From assembly GCA_028534125.1 (NCBI GenBank), contig CM052817.1:98396001-98460000 (forward strand): DNA of 64,000 nt. The letters run 5' to 3'. This document shows positions 25,501 through 38,732 of the stretch, piece after piece; the first letter of the stretch is position 1, and every line of letters begins with the position of its first letter. The notes under the pieces were generated by a model. It was not told the origin of the DNA, searched no databases, and saw only the letters and a list, made by a program, of their open reading frames with translations. The stretch comes from Lama glama. Taxonomy: Eukaryota. Both the position numbers and the translations under genes were made by a program.

Positions 25501-26747
25501 GATAACATAGGAGATAATACAAAGACTGAGAGAAGGGGCTGGATAGAGAAGTTTACATCTCAAGGTAAGTCCCTCTGAGGGTTGAAATCTATTTGTAAAA
25601 GACATAATAGGGCTGTTATTTCCAGGAGCAAGTTCATAGCAACAAATCACAGTATAATACTATAATAAATTCTAAAAATAAAAATAAAAGATATTTTAAA
25701 TGCATAGCTGAGTTGAAGAGAAAGTAATGGCATTCCTTTCTGATCAAAAACAAGAAATGTTGAATTTACTGTTGTATGATTTCTGGAGCTTGTCTTTGCC
25801 TTGGGAATTGCATGGAAATTTCTGACAACCTGGAGCCTCAGTTTTAATGAGCTCTGTGCCCTGCATCTGGGAGACTAATACTGGAACCCAGAGCATGAAG
25901 GAATGTTAGAGTTGAAACCATGCCTCATAAAACCTGGGTACTGGAAGTGCAATATCTTTAGAGTATAAATCAAGATTTTGAAATTTCCCTGGAGGAAGAA
26001 AGAAATAGAAACAGGAAGAGAAAGAGATACCATGAGACTACTTATCTGTCATGACTTTGGCTCTGGGTAGAAAGAGAAAAAAAGACCCTCTGAGGAATTT
26101 TTCATGACAAGACCTCATTCATATGGATTTGGGGACTCAATTAGCACTACCTGCAATATCCCAGACCTCCTCTGCAAAATAAAGGCAAAACACTTAGAAT
26201 AAAGTGGCCCCAGGTTGGTAGTGCTCTAAAGCACCTGGGAAAAGCAAACATCAATCATTTTTAGAAGAATGCAGTTTAAATTCTGGTTTTAAAGAATTCT
26301 CACAATAAAATACCAAGAAAAATGAGCTCACAATCAGAAAAGTCATTAAACATAAGAAAATAAACAATCAAGGTATCACAAGAAACAACAAACTACGTTT
26401 TCAGAAACTCAAACACTGTAATACTGTAATTAAGATATACAGAATATAAAATAAGAATGAGCTTCCATTATTTGTTTAGAGGAATATATTCAAAGAACCA
26501 AAAAATTATCAAACTGACCACGCTGATTTGGAAAATAACAACTAGATGTTGTAAAAAATGAAAAATATAATAAATGAAATAACTGGAAACTCCATTGATA
26601 GTAAAAGAAAAGAACAGACACACAAAGAGAATCAATAAACTAAAGGAGAAATCAGAAGAAAAAAAAAGACCCAGGATGCAGCAATGAGACACAAAGAGAT
26701 AGCAAATATGAAAAAGAATAAAAGAGTAACAGAATGATAATTGAATG

Positions 26748-27245
26748 TGTGAACAAAAAATACTGCAAACCATATCAGTAAACAAAGAATGCAGAAGCCA
26801 TCAAGTCATCAGCAGCTGCCGCCACCCCCCAGTGAGGACAGGCCTGCAGCCCAGCCTCTGCAGCCACTCACAATGGTGCACTCTGAGGGGACTCAGAATA
26901 AGAAAGGACAGGATACTGGCTTTAGATAGCAAGGTTCTTGTCAAAGGAATGAATTCAGTGAGCCCAAATGTTTGCTTCCTCCCATACATAGAAAAGCGCT
27001 GAATGTTTTAACTCAAGAGACCTGGTTTTTCTTTAGTTAACTAATAATCGTTTATTGTTCCAACTATCTGGTCTTTGTTGTAAAGCTCCTATATATCCTG
27101 GCTCCTCCCCTACCTCTCTGGAGCAGTCACTCAGAGCCATCTGAGAGGCTTCATCGGAGACTCGAAGGGGTTTGAGTCCTCCCAAATGTCCCCCAAACAA
27201 AACATAACTCTCAACTTTTAGGCTGTGCATTTATTTCAGCTGACA
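26748..27245 (+). mobile_element. ERV1-class solo LTR, copy A (498 bp), TSD AATG
   Basis: aatg|tgtgaac...cctatatatcc...ttcagctgaca|aatg; colinear with 28167-28662. Confidence 0.92.
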
Positions 27246-28166
27246 AATGGAAGACTCAGCATATGTCTAAGTAGAGTTTTATAAAAAGTTTTAATTAGAG
27301 TTGATAAAGAAAACATGGAAGAAAGACAGCATTTGAAGAGAGAATTGCAGAAATATTTTTTTCTCAGAATGCTCTTAAGACACTGATTTTCATACGTAGG
27401 AAGCCCAACAAAAACAAAGCAGAATGAACAAAAAGAAAACCACACTTGGACATCTCATAATAAAACAGTAGAACAACAATGAAAAGAAGTCCTTAAAAGT
27501 AGACACAGAACAGAGACAGATTACTCACAAAGGAAAGACAACTGGACAAACATTTGATTTTTCAACAGCAACAGTGGTAGCCAGAAAACGGGAGTGAAAG
27601 CGTCAAGATTCTGAGAAGGAATTACTGAGGAGGAAAACATAAACACACTATAAATTGAAGTTTTCAGCCAACTGACCCTTACTGAAGATACTTCTAAAGA
27701 TGTAGTTCAAGAAGGAATATCATATAGATCTGTGGTGCTGCATATAAGAGCAGGTAAAAAAAAATTAGTAAGCATGTAGGTAAAACTAAACAAACAAGGA
27801 AGTATAAACAAAATAATTATTTCAATTTGGGAAGTTAAAAATGGTAAAATTAATAAAAGAGAACTAAACTCTAGTAGTTAAGGCAATTTAAGATTTCTAT
27901 ATGAGGCGGGGAAAAGACAAAGATAGTTTAAGTTAAAGGTATATATTAAAATCAGTAGGTTAGCCACTTATAAAGACTAAACATAAATGCCAAACAAGAA
28001 CATAAATGCCAAATGAGTACAAGGAAAACTAGTACAATGCCAAACTATCACAAGGAAAAATGGAACAAGAGGGGAAAATGTATCAATCAATTTCCAAAAA
28101 CGACAAAGAAGCAAAAGAAAACAAGGACAAAACGGAAAGAACAAATAGCACAAAATAGAAGGGGTA

Positions 28167-28662
28167 TGTGAACCAAAATACTGCAATGTGAATGAAAATA
28201 CTGCAACCCTATCAGTAAACAAAGAATGCTGAAGCCATCAAGTCATCAGCAGCTGCCGCCACTCCCTAGTGAGGACAGGCCTGCAGCCCAGCCTCTGCAG
28301 CAACTCACAATGGTGCCCTTTGAGGGGACTCAGAATAAGAAAGGACAGGATACTGGCCCTAGATAGCTGGGTGCTTGTCAAAGGAATGAATTCAGTGAGC
28401 CCAAATGTTTGTTTCCTCCCATACAAAGAAAAGTGCTGAATTCTTTAACTTGAGATGCCTGTTTTTCTTTAGATAACAAGCAATCTTTTATTGTTCCAAC
28501 TACCTGGTCTTTGTTGTAAAGCTCCTATATATCCTAGCTCCTCCCCTGCCTCTTTGAAGCAGTCCCTCAGAGCAATCTGAGAGGCTATCATCCCAGCTGA
28601 AGTCCTCCCGCCAAATAAAATAAAACTCTTAACTTTTAGGCTGTGCATTTTTTCAGTCGACA
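28167..28662 (+). mobile_element. ERV1-class solo LTR, copy B (496 bp), TSD GGTA
   Basis: ggta|tgtgaac...cctatatatcc...aataaa...ttcagtcgaca|ggta. Confidence 0.92.
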
Positions 28663-30289
28663 GGTATAAAGGCATCCAAACACATTTTTAAAAACACAAC
28701 GATACGGTGTTCACAAAGAAGAAATAATAGTGGCTTAGAAATATGTTTAAAAAATTATCAGCCTTATTTGTTACTAGGAAAATGTAAATTTAAAGCACAA
28801 AGAACTATTTCATACCTTACAAATTGGCAAATGTTAAAATTTTGACATAATAAGTGTTGCCAAGCACATGAAGCAATGGGGACTCGTAAACTGATGGGGG
28901 AGTGGAAAACTGTGAACATACACTCACTGCCCAGCACAGCTATTCTACTCCAGGCCACTTGTGGCTAGAGGCAATCAATTATTCAGATAGTTAATAATCA
29001 ATTACTGAGTTCCTCCTGCCCAGGCAGGTCCTGCCCACCTGCCTTCCAGGCTGAAGGGATCAATATTCTGCCATCTATATAACCCATTCTCGATGCAGTA
29101 GGATGCAGGTTCATATTGACGTTGAGAGTTCTTACCCTAGAGAAACTCTTGCACCTAAAACTTGCAAAGGAATGTAGCAGAATTGTTCATGATAGGAAAT
29201 AACTTTTTAAAAGGCCAGGTATCTCTCAGCAATAGACAGGATAATTAAACTGTAGTGTAATTATTCAACGGGATGTTACGCATCCATGAAAATGAATGAA
29301 CCATGGGGCATACATCAACATTTTGAAGACTGATGGATCTCCCAAAAATACATCATTGGGCAAAAAGAGAGAAAAGACATTATAATTCCATACACATAAA
29401 GTTAAAAACAAGTAAAAGTAAGCAAAATACTAATTAGAGATATATGTACTGCTAAAGTGGTAAAGAAAAGTAGAGGAACAATTAACATAAAATTAAGGAG
29501 ACCGGTTTCTTCAGGATATGAAGGGAAGGAAAAGACACAGAGTTCTGCTCCCTAAGTTTTGTAAGTATTTGTTTCAGTATTATTCTTTAAGACATACAGA
29601 GATATAAATAGATATGTATGTGAATAATTATACTGTTTTGTATAATATATAAAACAACAGAAATTTTAAAAATAACATGGTAGAAAAATTTCTTAAGCTT
29701 AGGATGAGTGTCTGTCCCTCAAGAAAGAAAAGAATGAAAAGATCTTGGGAATCATAGGTTTCCCAGGTGTATCAAAACTTCCTAGGAGGTTACATGGCTC
29801 CAAATCTCTCCTGTGGTTTGTGTCTGTTCCTGGAAACGAAAATTCAAGAATGCCAAGCAGTAGAACAGCTGCTGCCAGGGGTGAGTTGTTTCATTCTGAA
29901 GTTTTAAACTGTACGAATCTATAAATACAAATGATTGATTTTTTTATCAGCTGGAGTTAAAAGGAAGTGAGTTTCTATTTTATAATTTGGGGGCATTTTA
30001 ATGTGCTTGTGTTCTTATTGATGTTGAAATTGATGCTTAAACAAATAAAGGTGCTTATTTGATTTTGAATATGTTTCCCCCTTTGGATTTAAAGTACTCT
30101 GCCACGTAGTTAATTTATTACTAAACAATTCAGTTGTAAACTGAATAGTATTTTAAAATTTTGAATTCAATCCTTTTGTGTATTTGAAAATTATTTAACT
30201 GCAAAACACTGTGAATGGTGAGTTTGGTTATCATGATGAGATTTATGTACTGTGTGGTAGATCTGGAACTTCATCACAGAACGAATAAA

Positions 30290-30460
30290 TTGTTATAATT
30301 AATAATTAGAACCTACTATGTGCTTCATGCACATTTTCTTCAATCTTCACCAAGACTTTGCAGAATAGATACTGTAATAACCACTTTTCCTTAGGAAGTT
30401 GAGAAGTTTAATATCTTTACCTTGATTACACAATAGGAGGTGACTGGGATTCAGACTCAC
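30290..30460 (-). mobile_element. MIR fragment
   Basis: acctactatgtgc...tcaatcttcaccaagactttgcagaatagatactg...gactgggattcagactca. Confidence 0.65.
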
Positions 30461-31176
30461 TACACTATTCAGAAGGTGAAATTAGTGATACAGGGAAAAG
30501 AAATTTATGAAATTTATGAAAATAGTCAGAATACAATAAACAAAGACGGCATTAGAGTATACACGAGATTTTTAGTGCTTGGCACTCAGCAATTGTGTTT
30601 TCCACTCTTAGAAAACAGCCAGTGATTTTGTAGGGAGTCAGTAGGACTTAATCATAATGGGATATAGAACTGCCAATCAAATGCATGTGGTCAAAGGCTG
30701 CCCCAGCCCCCCAGCTGCAATTTGATTGACTACCTCCTCTTGTTTGGAGGACTTTTATGGGGAATTACATAAACCAGTGCTTCTCAAACTACATGTGCTT
30801 ATAAATCACTAAAATCAGATTTCTAGAGATTCATGATATACTTGGATGATATATCAGCTTATTGAAATTGTCTGGATTAATTTATCTGAGTGAAAGCTCT
30901 ATTATAAAAATATCTGGCATATTTTCCCAGGCCAATTTTGACATTCACTGTAGTCCTGTTTCATTATTTGAGAATGTGTTTCTGATATCTTTGATTGGTT
31001 ATAATCTCACTCTTCAACTTTTACAAGAAAACGCGTTCCTATCCCACCACATTACTCTAAATTCAACATAAAATATCTGCATTTTAGCTACTTGTCAAGA
31101 AAAAGATTACATCATATAGTCAATACTTATCAAAAGCTCACTTAAAAGGCAAAATACTATGGGGAATTGTCTAAAA

Positions 31177-31326
31177 CAGTGTTTCTCAAACCTTAATATG
31201 ATTATAAATCACTGCTGCCCTTATTCAAATACAGATTCAGGTTCCATAGGTTTGTGGTGGGGTCCTGAGATTCTACATTTTTAACAAGTTCCTGGATGAT
31301 AACAATGCTGGTGATCTGAGGAGCAG
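31177..31326. mobile_element. MER5-family hAT element (a shorter fragment also at ~30775-30835)
   Basis: cagtgtttctcaaacc...ggggtcctgagattctacatttttaacaagttcctggatgat...tgctggt. Confidence 0.8.
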
Positions 31327-32604
31327 GAAGGGCCTAAGGCACATTCCCCCACTCCACAAGATACCCTAAAATCTACCTCTGATTTAAATTAAACCTGCAG
31401 ATAATTATCTAACTTTAGCTAGTTGTTGATTTGTTTTTACTATGTGTACTTTTGTTTCTGAGGTAGGAGAAGTAGTGAAAATCTATGTGAAAATTCCAAA
31501 CCAACACTTCGTTGACAGACAATTTAACAATATTTATTAAAATACAAAGCAAAAGGAGGAGGAGGGCACACCAACAATTCCATTACCAGGAATATGTCAC
31601 AAGGAAATTAAAATTATGCACAAATATTCAAACATAAATATAGTGCACTGCATCCCATTAAAGCATTATTCAATGCCAAAATAACCAAAAATGCATTATA
31701 CCCATATACTGCTAAAATTGATTTAATATTAAAGAAAATAAATCAATGAATAAGAAAAGATGTTCAGAATGTACTTTTGAATGAAAAAATAAGGTAATCA
31801 AACATTGTTGTTATAATAAGTATGGTTGATTTTCTCATTTTGGGCTTTTTATATAAAGCATAAAATATAAAAATTATTTTAACACATGGTAAAAGACAAC
31901 TGTTAAAAGGCTTTACAGGATGCTCATAAATATGTAGTAACAGCATAGAGAGAATAAAGAAAGAAGAATACAAAGATCTAAAATAATTTGAGGTTAAAAG
32001 CTGTCCTATGTGGTTCAAGAATAAACCTGGAATCAGATTAGGAATCAATCACTGAAGACAGCATCCTAAAATAGCCTTTTGTGACTGACAGAATCTTCAC
32101 CATCTGTTAATTTCCTAATGCAACAACTGAATGGGAGTGTGTGGCCTCCTGATTACTACCAACCAGGTGTCACCATCTGCAACCTAGTCTTCAATACCAG
32201 GATCTCCTACAAGTCAGAGTTTTGCGTTTGTGCCCCTGGGATGGATTTGGTCCCTTCCAACTAGCCAGTGAAGCCAGCCCTGCCTGTAGTCTCAAAGGAG
32301 TCTTCTAATGAGGGATGTTGGAGGAGGTTAGAAAAAAGAAAAGGAGAACCCACAGGAAAACGACTTGATAAAATGAGAATGGCCCAGGTTCCAGAGAAGA
32401 GGAACGGGCCAAGTCCATTTCAAGACAAAGAATTAAGGCCTGTACAATTTTGATCAATACAGGAAAAAAAAAACAATTACAGCATGACTTTTCTTTTTTT
32501 CTTTTGCCTCTTTCTAATAATATTATCATGGTGGTATTTTTCACTGCCTTGGGACCTTGGACCTCTCATGTGTTCCATTTAGAGGAAATGTCATGCAGCC
32601 CATT

Positions 32605-32860
32605 TTAAATGTATTCAGCAAATATTTTCTAAACTTCTAGTTTATCATAGAAACCATTCTAGGCACTGGGGTTGCATTGGTGATCTAAAATGTCTTCAGC
32701 CTTGTGGAGTCTACGTTTTAGTGAGGAAGGCCAGGAATAAGCCAATAAAGAGATTCATGATGTACTGTCAGGTTGGAATACATTGTGAGTTGAAAAACAA
32801 AAGAAGTGGTGCTCTTCTAGAGGTGGGGTTCAGGGAAGAACTCTCACAGGAGTTAGCATC
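32605..32860 (-). mobile_element. L2 3' fragment
   Basis: tattcagcaaatatttt...accattctaggcactgggg...cagccttgtggagtctacgtttagtg. Confidence 0.7.
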
Positions 32861-33007
32861 TGTCAGAGATATACAATTACATCTGCCTGATTCTGCCACT
32901 GGGAATCATATAAACGTGGACATTCTGCAATTAATTCCAGGAAATCTTGCACCAAGTATCAAGAAATATGAATATATTTTCCTTATGGAACTAGTAATAT
33001 GCATTGT

Positions 33008-33464
33008 TGTCAACCTTAAAAATAAAGCAGCCAGTTATTTTTACCAGCAAAATGGGTTTATTCAGGAATAGAAGAGAATTGCCAAGACAGATAAGCTATG
33101 GTGAATCACAGGCAAGTCTGGAGAACAAAGGAAAGCGCTTGTGCTTTGAGTAGGTTTTAGAAGGAAATTGGCAAGGGTTGTTTTGAACAAAAGTTCATTG
33201 CAGAAGAGCAAGAGTTGGAGGTTTTAGAGTTTCTCACCTAAAGGGGTGATTAGAGTTTTGTTGCTGGGGTAGGGAGAGATCTTCCTTCTTTTCCTGAAAA
33301 GCAGGTGATATAATTCCCCTATGATTAATGTCCTCCTTCATCAAAATAATTCTTATCTTCCATCTTCCTGCTGGTTATGCAAGTGCAAAGAGTGGTATGT
33401 ATGTGAGAGCTCTCCCCTTGGGCTTCCCGGTTCCATTTTAAATAAGGTTTCCTTTATTAGCACA
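33008..33464 (-). mobile_element. ERV solo LTR, same sense as IQCM
   Basis: tgtcaaccttaaaaataaag...gggtttattcaggaatag...ccattttaaataaggtttcctttattagcaca; minus-strand AATAAA at 33057-33062; imperfect flanking duplication cattgt/caatgt. Confidence 0.75.
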
Positions 33465-33579
33465 CAATGTGTCTGTATTGTGTGTGTTTTGTCTGTTTCT
33501 GTCCTTATCTCTTTATCTCCTCCATCGCCTTTACCTCTACAGCGACCACTACTATTATTATTCCTACTACTATCACTAC

Positions 33580-33905
33580 TACAGGTCTTTGAGTCCTTAC
33601 TTGTAACTCAGAAATCCAAAAACCTTTACCAAAAAAACTTTTCATAACACATACGGAGGCAAATTTAACTTATCTGACCTTTGGTTGCAAAACCTGACCA
33701 GATCCAACCAACAAAAGGCCTATATAACGGCCTTGATCTCCCACTTAATGAGAATATCCTTATGCTTTACTGTAAAATGTTTCAGTGCTTTGATTACAGG
33801 CTTGACTGTAGATCCACTTATCTTCTTACCTTTCTAAAGATTGAAATATTCTGATTCCCAAATACACCTGGTCCCAAGAGTTTCTAATAAAGATCATGCT
33901 TCTGC
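33580..33905. mobile_element. Second MER46C/Tigger-like element, opposite orientation to the first
   Basis: tacaggtc...ccttacttgtaactcagaaatccaaaaa...ctgattcccaaatacacctggtcccaagagtttctaataaag. Confidence 0.6.
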
Positions 33906-35091
33906 ACAACTAGCACAAGATACAACCATCACCACGGCTGTCACTTATACTAAAATCTTTTGTCTTCAAGTATCTATATTGGTTATGCCAATTCCTTCTA
34001 ACATCTCATTAGCCTAACGGTGTACAGCTGAACAGAAAATTTTGCGCCTAATCCATCTATTATTTAATGAACACACTTGACTTTTCAGAAATTTTTTTCT
34101 GATCATTTAAAAACACATTATAGCAAGTCTGAAGTCAATGCAATATTAACAGCCATAGCAATATCCAGAGCCTGTGGACATAACCCCAGATACCAGCGCT
34201 TTCTGCATCTACTGGTACTCTCTTTGTCTACTTATCATTACTACTGAAGTCTTCATTCATATTCAACATCCATGTCTGGTGCATTTTGTTTGATGAAAAC
34301 AAGCTAATTAGTGCTGAACCTTTCCTAGTTCATAAATTTATTCCTAGGAACATTAAAAGGAAGTCAAGTGAGACATGTTCAGTAACAGATGTTTGCCTTT
34401 TTTGGCTGCCTTTTTACAGTTTGTTCTCTTTCATTACTTTTTAAGAAATTTAGTTAATGTTCCCTTTCGTAGAGAACAAGTGTACCTAGCTTCCCAGGAG
34501 GGTGGGGGTGGGGGGGTTCCCCAGGGCAGGCACAGTCTGTTCACTCCCTTAACCTAATATCTGCTCCAATGTTCTCTCCATCCAGCTTTTCATTCTTTCA
34601 TCCAGGTTTCGGTAACAATCACACTCCAGCTCATCTCAGAAAGAATGCACATGTTGACTGGAGACTGTAAAACTAGAACTATGGTGGGCACTATTACTAA
34701 AGCTCGTGGGCCTAATGCCCCTCAACACCTTTCCCACACAACTGTATCTCAGAATAAAGGGTCAATATGATTGAGAGAATTTGACTGAATCGTTTGGCTT
34801 CTGCAGTAAAGAAAGATTTTGAAGTGGCTTCCCAAAGTAAAAATCCAATGGTCTTTTATAATAAAAGAAATGAGAAGTGTAGATCATGATTTTTCTCTAT
34901 ATAATCAAATTGATTCAAAAATACACATTTAAAATTATCCTATTTACTTATCTGACTTTTCATTTTGAATCCTATTTAGTGTGAGGGCTATTGTGATGTG
35001 GTTTAAATGGTGGTCCACCAGTAAATCTAAGTAACATTACAATCCAAATCTTGCATTCACCAAGAGTGCTTCCTTTTAAAACTTTGTGAGA

Positions 35092-35104
35092 ATATATGTG
35101 TATG

Positions 35105-35150
<46 letters not shown>

Positions 35151-35173
35151 CACATATACATACACACACATAC
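35092..35173. repeat. Compound (TA)n microsatellite with TG/CA flanks
   Basis: Read directly. Confidence 0.95.
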
Positions 35174-37897
35174 AGAAGTCTTGAGCAGTTTACTGTGACA
35201 TAGATCTTAACCTATTTATTGCTAAAGGAATTTTGCATAGAGTAAAAAGTACTTAACTAGGACAACACTAGAAATTTCTATCTAGAAGGAAAAATTCAAT
35301 AAAATAAAATAAGTAATTATTATAAAAATACTAGGGACCATATAAAATACATGATATAAAACTATCAGGCCCAGATAATACTGTTGCAAGGCAATAAATT
35401 GTTGAAATGTGACATTTTGACTACAACTATATACATTAAAAATAATTACTAAATATATCAAAATAAATACCTACGTCATTCAAAATTTTATATTTCATAG
35501 GAAAACAAATATGTATTTCAAAATTAAAATGTGAAAGCTGAAGATAATATGTAGTATTAGACATCACACTTCTTGTAATAGGATCAAAACAATAAATAAA
35601 AAAACTAGGTAAAAGTAACTTCTGGAATGCTACTCAAAATGTCAAAAAATCACAGTCATTTAGTTAACTCAAGGCTTAAACTAATTCTCAGACTACTATA
35701 GGATTTTCAAAATGTAATTTCATTGGTATCCAAAATGATCTTTAAAAATTTAGGAAATCATTTGAATAAACAGAAAATTTCAAATTGATAGCCATAATGA
35801 TTTGTGTTAATGCTTAGAAATATCAGGAAATCAAATCAGATAACCTTTTTTTTATCAAATGCAGCCCACAAGAGGAGAAAATCGTGAGTATGAAAACAAT
35901 TACAACACCTTCTCAAATGTTGTGCAGGAGGGAAGGAAAAGAGCAGAGAGAAGAAATTGTGATGTGGGAGAAAAATGAGCAAAGATATTCTATGAATTAA
36001 AAGTTAATTTACTATTTTTTATTATGTGATAAAACATTTCAAGTGTATGCCTACAGTCTTCTGACAGTACAATAAAGCATTACAAAAAGGTGTCTAAATT
36101 TCCAAGTTAAAAGAAGAATATCCTCTTAGACTCATACAGCTTTCTTTTACCAAAATGGCTCAAGAAAATTCTCCAGAAAAAAGTGATAAGAAGTTTCATT
36201 AAAATCTAGTCAACCCATTCCACGGTCAAAATTAAGCTTCTATAAAGAATGTTACATACAAAATTTCTTTTTCATTTCTAAAAAATATGTTTCTACAAAA
36301 CTAATTTTTTCTGATTTTGTTTATCAAATGAATCTGTAAGTATGTTAAAAAAAATATGACCACTGACTCTTGGTTTCTCCTCTCATATGGGACTTGTTCT
36401 CCTTGGGAGAAGGGAGGTCTAAATGCCCAGAGGACTCACAGTATGTTCTCTGAAACATAAAACAATTTATAATGCAACCAGTTATTACACCAAATTCTGC
36501 TTGCTTGTAATCCCTTACTTCCTAGTGTCAAGGTTAGGCAAATTCTTTTCATCCAGAATTAAGAAAATAAAGTGATCAAATGTTTTCCAACAAGGCACTT
36601 CATGATGATGGGGCTTTGCTAAAATCTTGTTTCTGCTCTTGCCACCTTCCTCTTGAATGCCACATTTCTGCCACACTGAACTTCCCTCACTTCCTTGAAA
36701 TGCGCCTGCCCTCCCACGGGGACAACCCCAGCTAGGTTCTTTCTCCTCTGCTCCTCTCTCCCTGAATTCTGTCACCACCTTGACGAGTATGGGAGCACAC
36801 ATGCTTGGGCACTCCCTTGCTTGTCATCTCACCCTCAACCTAGGGTGTCACCAGATGGCAGAGGTACTGTCAAGGAACTTCCTGACCCCCAGAGCCACTG
36901 CAACATAGCCATGAAAGCCACTCGCTGAGAAGAGTTTTGCCTTACTGATAACTAATGTGTAAAAGTTACTTCACCCTCTCCTGTGTTTCCAAATATTAGC
37001 TAGAAATTAACTTCTTACACATATTTCTGTTAATATTTGTTTTTATCCTAGCTTTTTAAAGAGCACTATTGATAAATACATTTATTTTTGCATCTCACAA
37101 TTTTGATAAATACTGGAGTTGTTTTCCACACCTACAGTCCATCAGGTTGAGGATTTCAAGATTGCTTCATACACTGTCATAAAGTTAGTGAACCTTGTAA
37201 AGAGGAGTTACGAAGTGAAATTGCAGCAACAAAGTTGGAGATGGTGGTCTTTCCTATATATGCCATTGCAATGTAATATCACATTTTTATGTTACACAAG
37301 AGATTATATTCACAGGGGCTCACTTAGTTTGGATAAATATTATCTTTCAAGATAATTAAGGCTATAAGGTACTTCGGAGACCACAAAAAGTAGCATTAGT
37401 TACTTATTCTTCAGGATGCAGTTTCTTTAACTTCATGTAAAGAAGTTTTAGGGGGCCATATGCCATTGTTTACAATAACTGGGAATTCTAATACAATAAG
37501 TCTGCAGTTGCAGAAATGAAACATTAAAATTAAAGACATACAGCATTATTGTATTATCATTTAATTAGAACTAAAAACATATAAGGATATAAAATACTTT
37601 AAAAAGAAAAACACTTCAGGCTTAAAAGGGATAGTGTTCTTTTAGCTTAAAGAAAGCAATCCACAATGACTTTCTTATTTGAGTGAATTAAAATTTTGAT
37701 GTGTAGCTAAGCTATACAGAGTGTTTTGAAAGTAGAATGTGTTATAGTTTTCTCTCCTCCTACAAAATCAAAGACAAGGTTATCTGTGCCCTGTCTTCTC
37801 TTCTTTCAACAATGCAAGCTTCTTTCTACATCCTCAGTTTTCCTAGTTACTTTTTGTCTTTTGGACCTGACTGAACAAATTCACATCAAGATTACTT

Positions 37898-38609
37898 AAC
37901 ACTTCACACCCACTAGGATGGCTATTATCAAGAAAACAGAAAATGTAGTAAGTGTTGATGGAAATGTGGAGAAACTGGAACACTTGTGCATTGCTAGTGG
38001 GAATGTAAAATGGTGCAGTCACTGTGCAAAATAATACGGCGATTCCTCAAAGTATTAAACGTAGGAATCAATATAGTTCAGCAATTCCACTTCTGGGTAT
38101 ATATCCAAAAGAAGGGACTCAAACAATACTTATACACTCATGTTTACAGTGGCATTATTCACAATAATCCAAACGGTGAAAGCAGTCTAAGTGTCCCCCA
38201 ACAGATGAACAGATAAATAATATATATATATATACACACAAGAGAATATTATTCAGCCGTTTGTAAAAAAAAAACTCTAACACATGCTACAACATGGATG
38301 AACCTTGAAGACATTATGCAAAATGAGATGAGCCAGTCACAAAAGAGAAAGCAGAATACTTGTTGCCAAGGGATAAGGGGAGGCAAGAACAGGGAACTAG
38401 TATTTAATGGGTACAGAGTTTTAGTTTGGAAAGATGAAAAGATCCTGGAGATGGATGGTGGTAATGGTTACACAGCAATGTGGGTGTACTTAATGCCACC
38501 AAACAGTACACTTTAAAATGTTAAAACGTGTGGTAAGTGTATTTTTAGTCTTTTGAGGAATTTCCATACACCAGAAATTGACACAACACTGCAAACTAAC
38601 TCTACTTCA

Positions 38610-38679
<70 letters not shown>

Positions 38680-38732
38680 AAAAGTTAAAATGGTAAATTT
38701 TGTTATGTATATTTTACCATGATTAAAAAACG
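37898..38732 (+). mobile_element. L1MB-type 3' end, interrupted by a young L1 tail
   Basis: cacttcacacccactaggatggctattatcaag...acatggatgaaccttgaagacattatgc...ggagatggatggtggtaatggttacacagcaatgtg...atggtaaattttgttatgtatattttacca. Confidence 0.92.
38529..38678 (+). mobile_element. Very short young L1 insertion with 5' inversion and (TA)30 tail
   Basis: Antisense L1 piece tggtaagtgtatttttagtcttttgaggaatttccatac joined to sense tail acaccagaaattgacacaac...cttcaataaa; TSD aaaatgttaaaacg (38515-38528) / aaaaagttaaaatg (38679-38692). Confidence 0.8.

Larger units (their letters stand above)
25640..29690 (+). mobile_element. Fragmented old L1 (L1ME-type 5' region, ORF1, 3' end) hosting two LTRs
   Basis: A-rich ORF1-like remnants (ttttcaacagcaacagtggtagccagaa) and 3' motifs (taggaaaatgtaaatttaaagcacaa, accctagagaaactcttgcac, gaaaatgaatgaacca). 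Confidence 0.75.

Noticed and set aside
26748..28662. Single provirus or TRIM-like element with two LTRs
   Set aside because: Each LTR has its own different TSD, and the spacer is host L1 without PBS or gag/pol remnants.
26801..28675. Paralogous ORF pairs (MYGRKQTFGLTEF..., MHSLKV...) suggesting a duplicated small gene
   Set aside because: They are antisense translations of the two LTR copies.
34473..34486. agaacaagtgtacc as a steroid-receptor response element
   Set aside because: The spacer is 2 nt; GR/MR/AR elements need 3.
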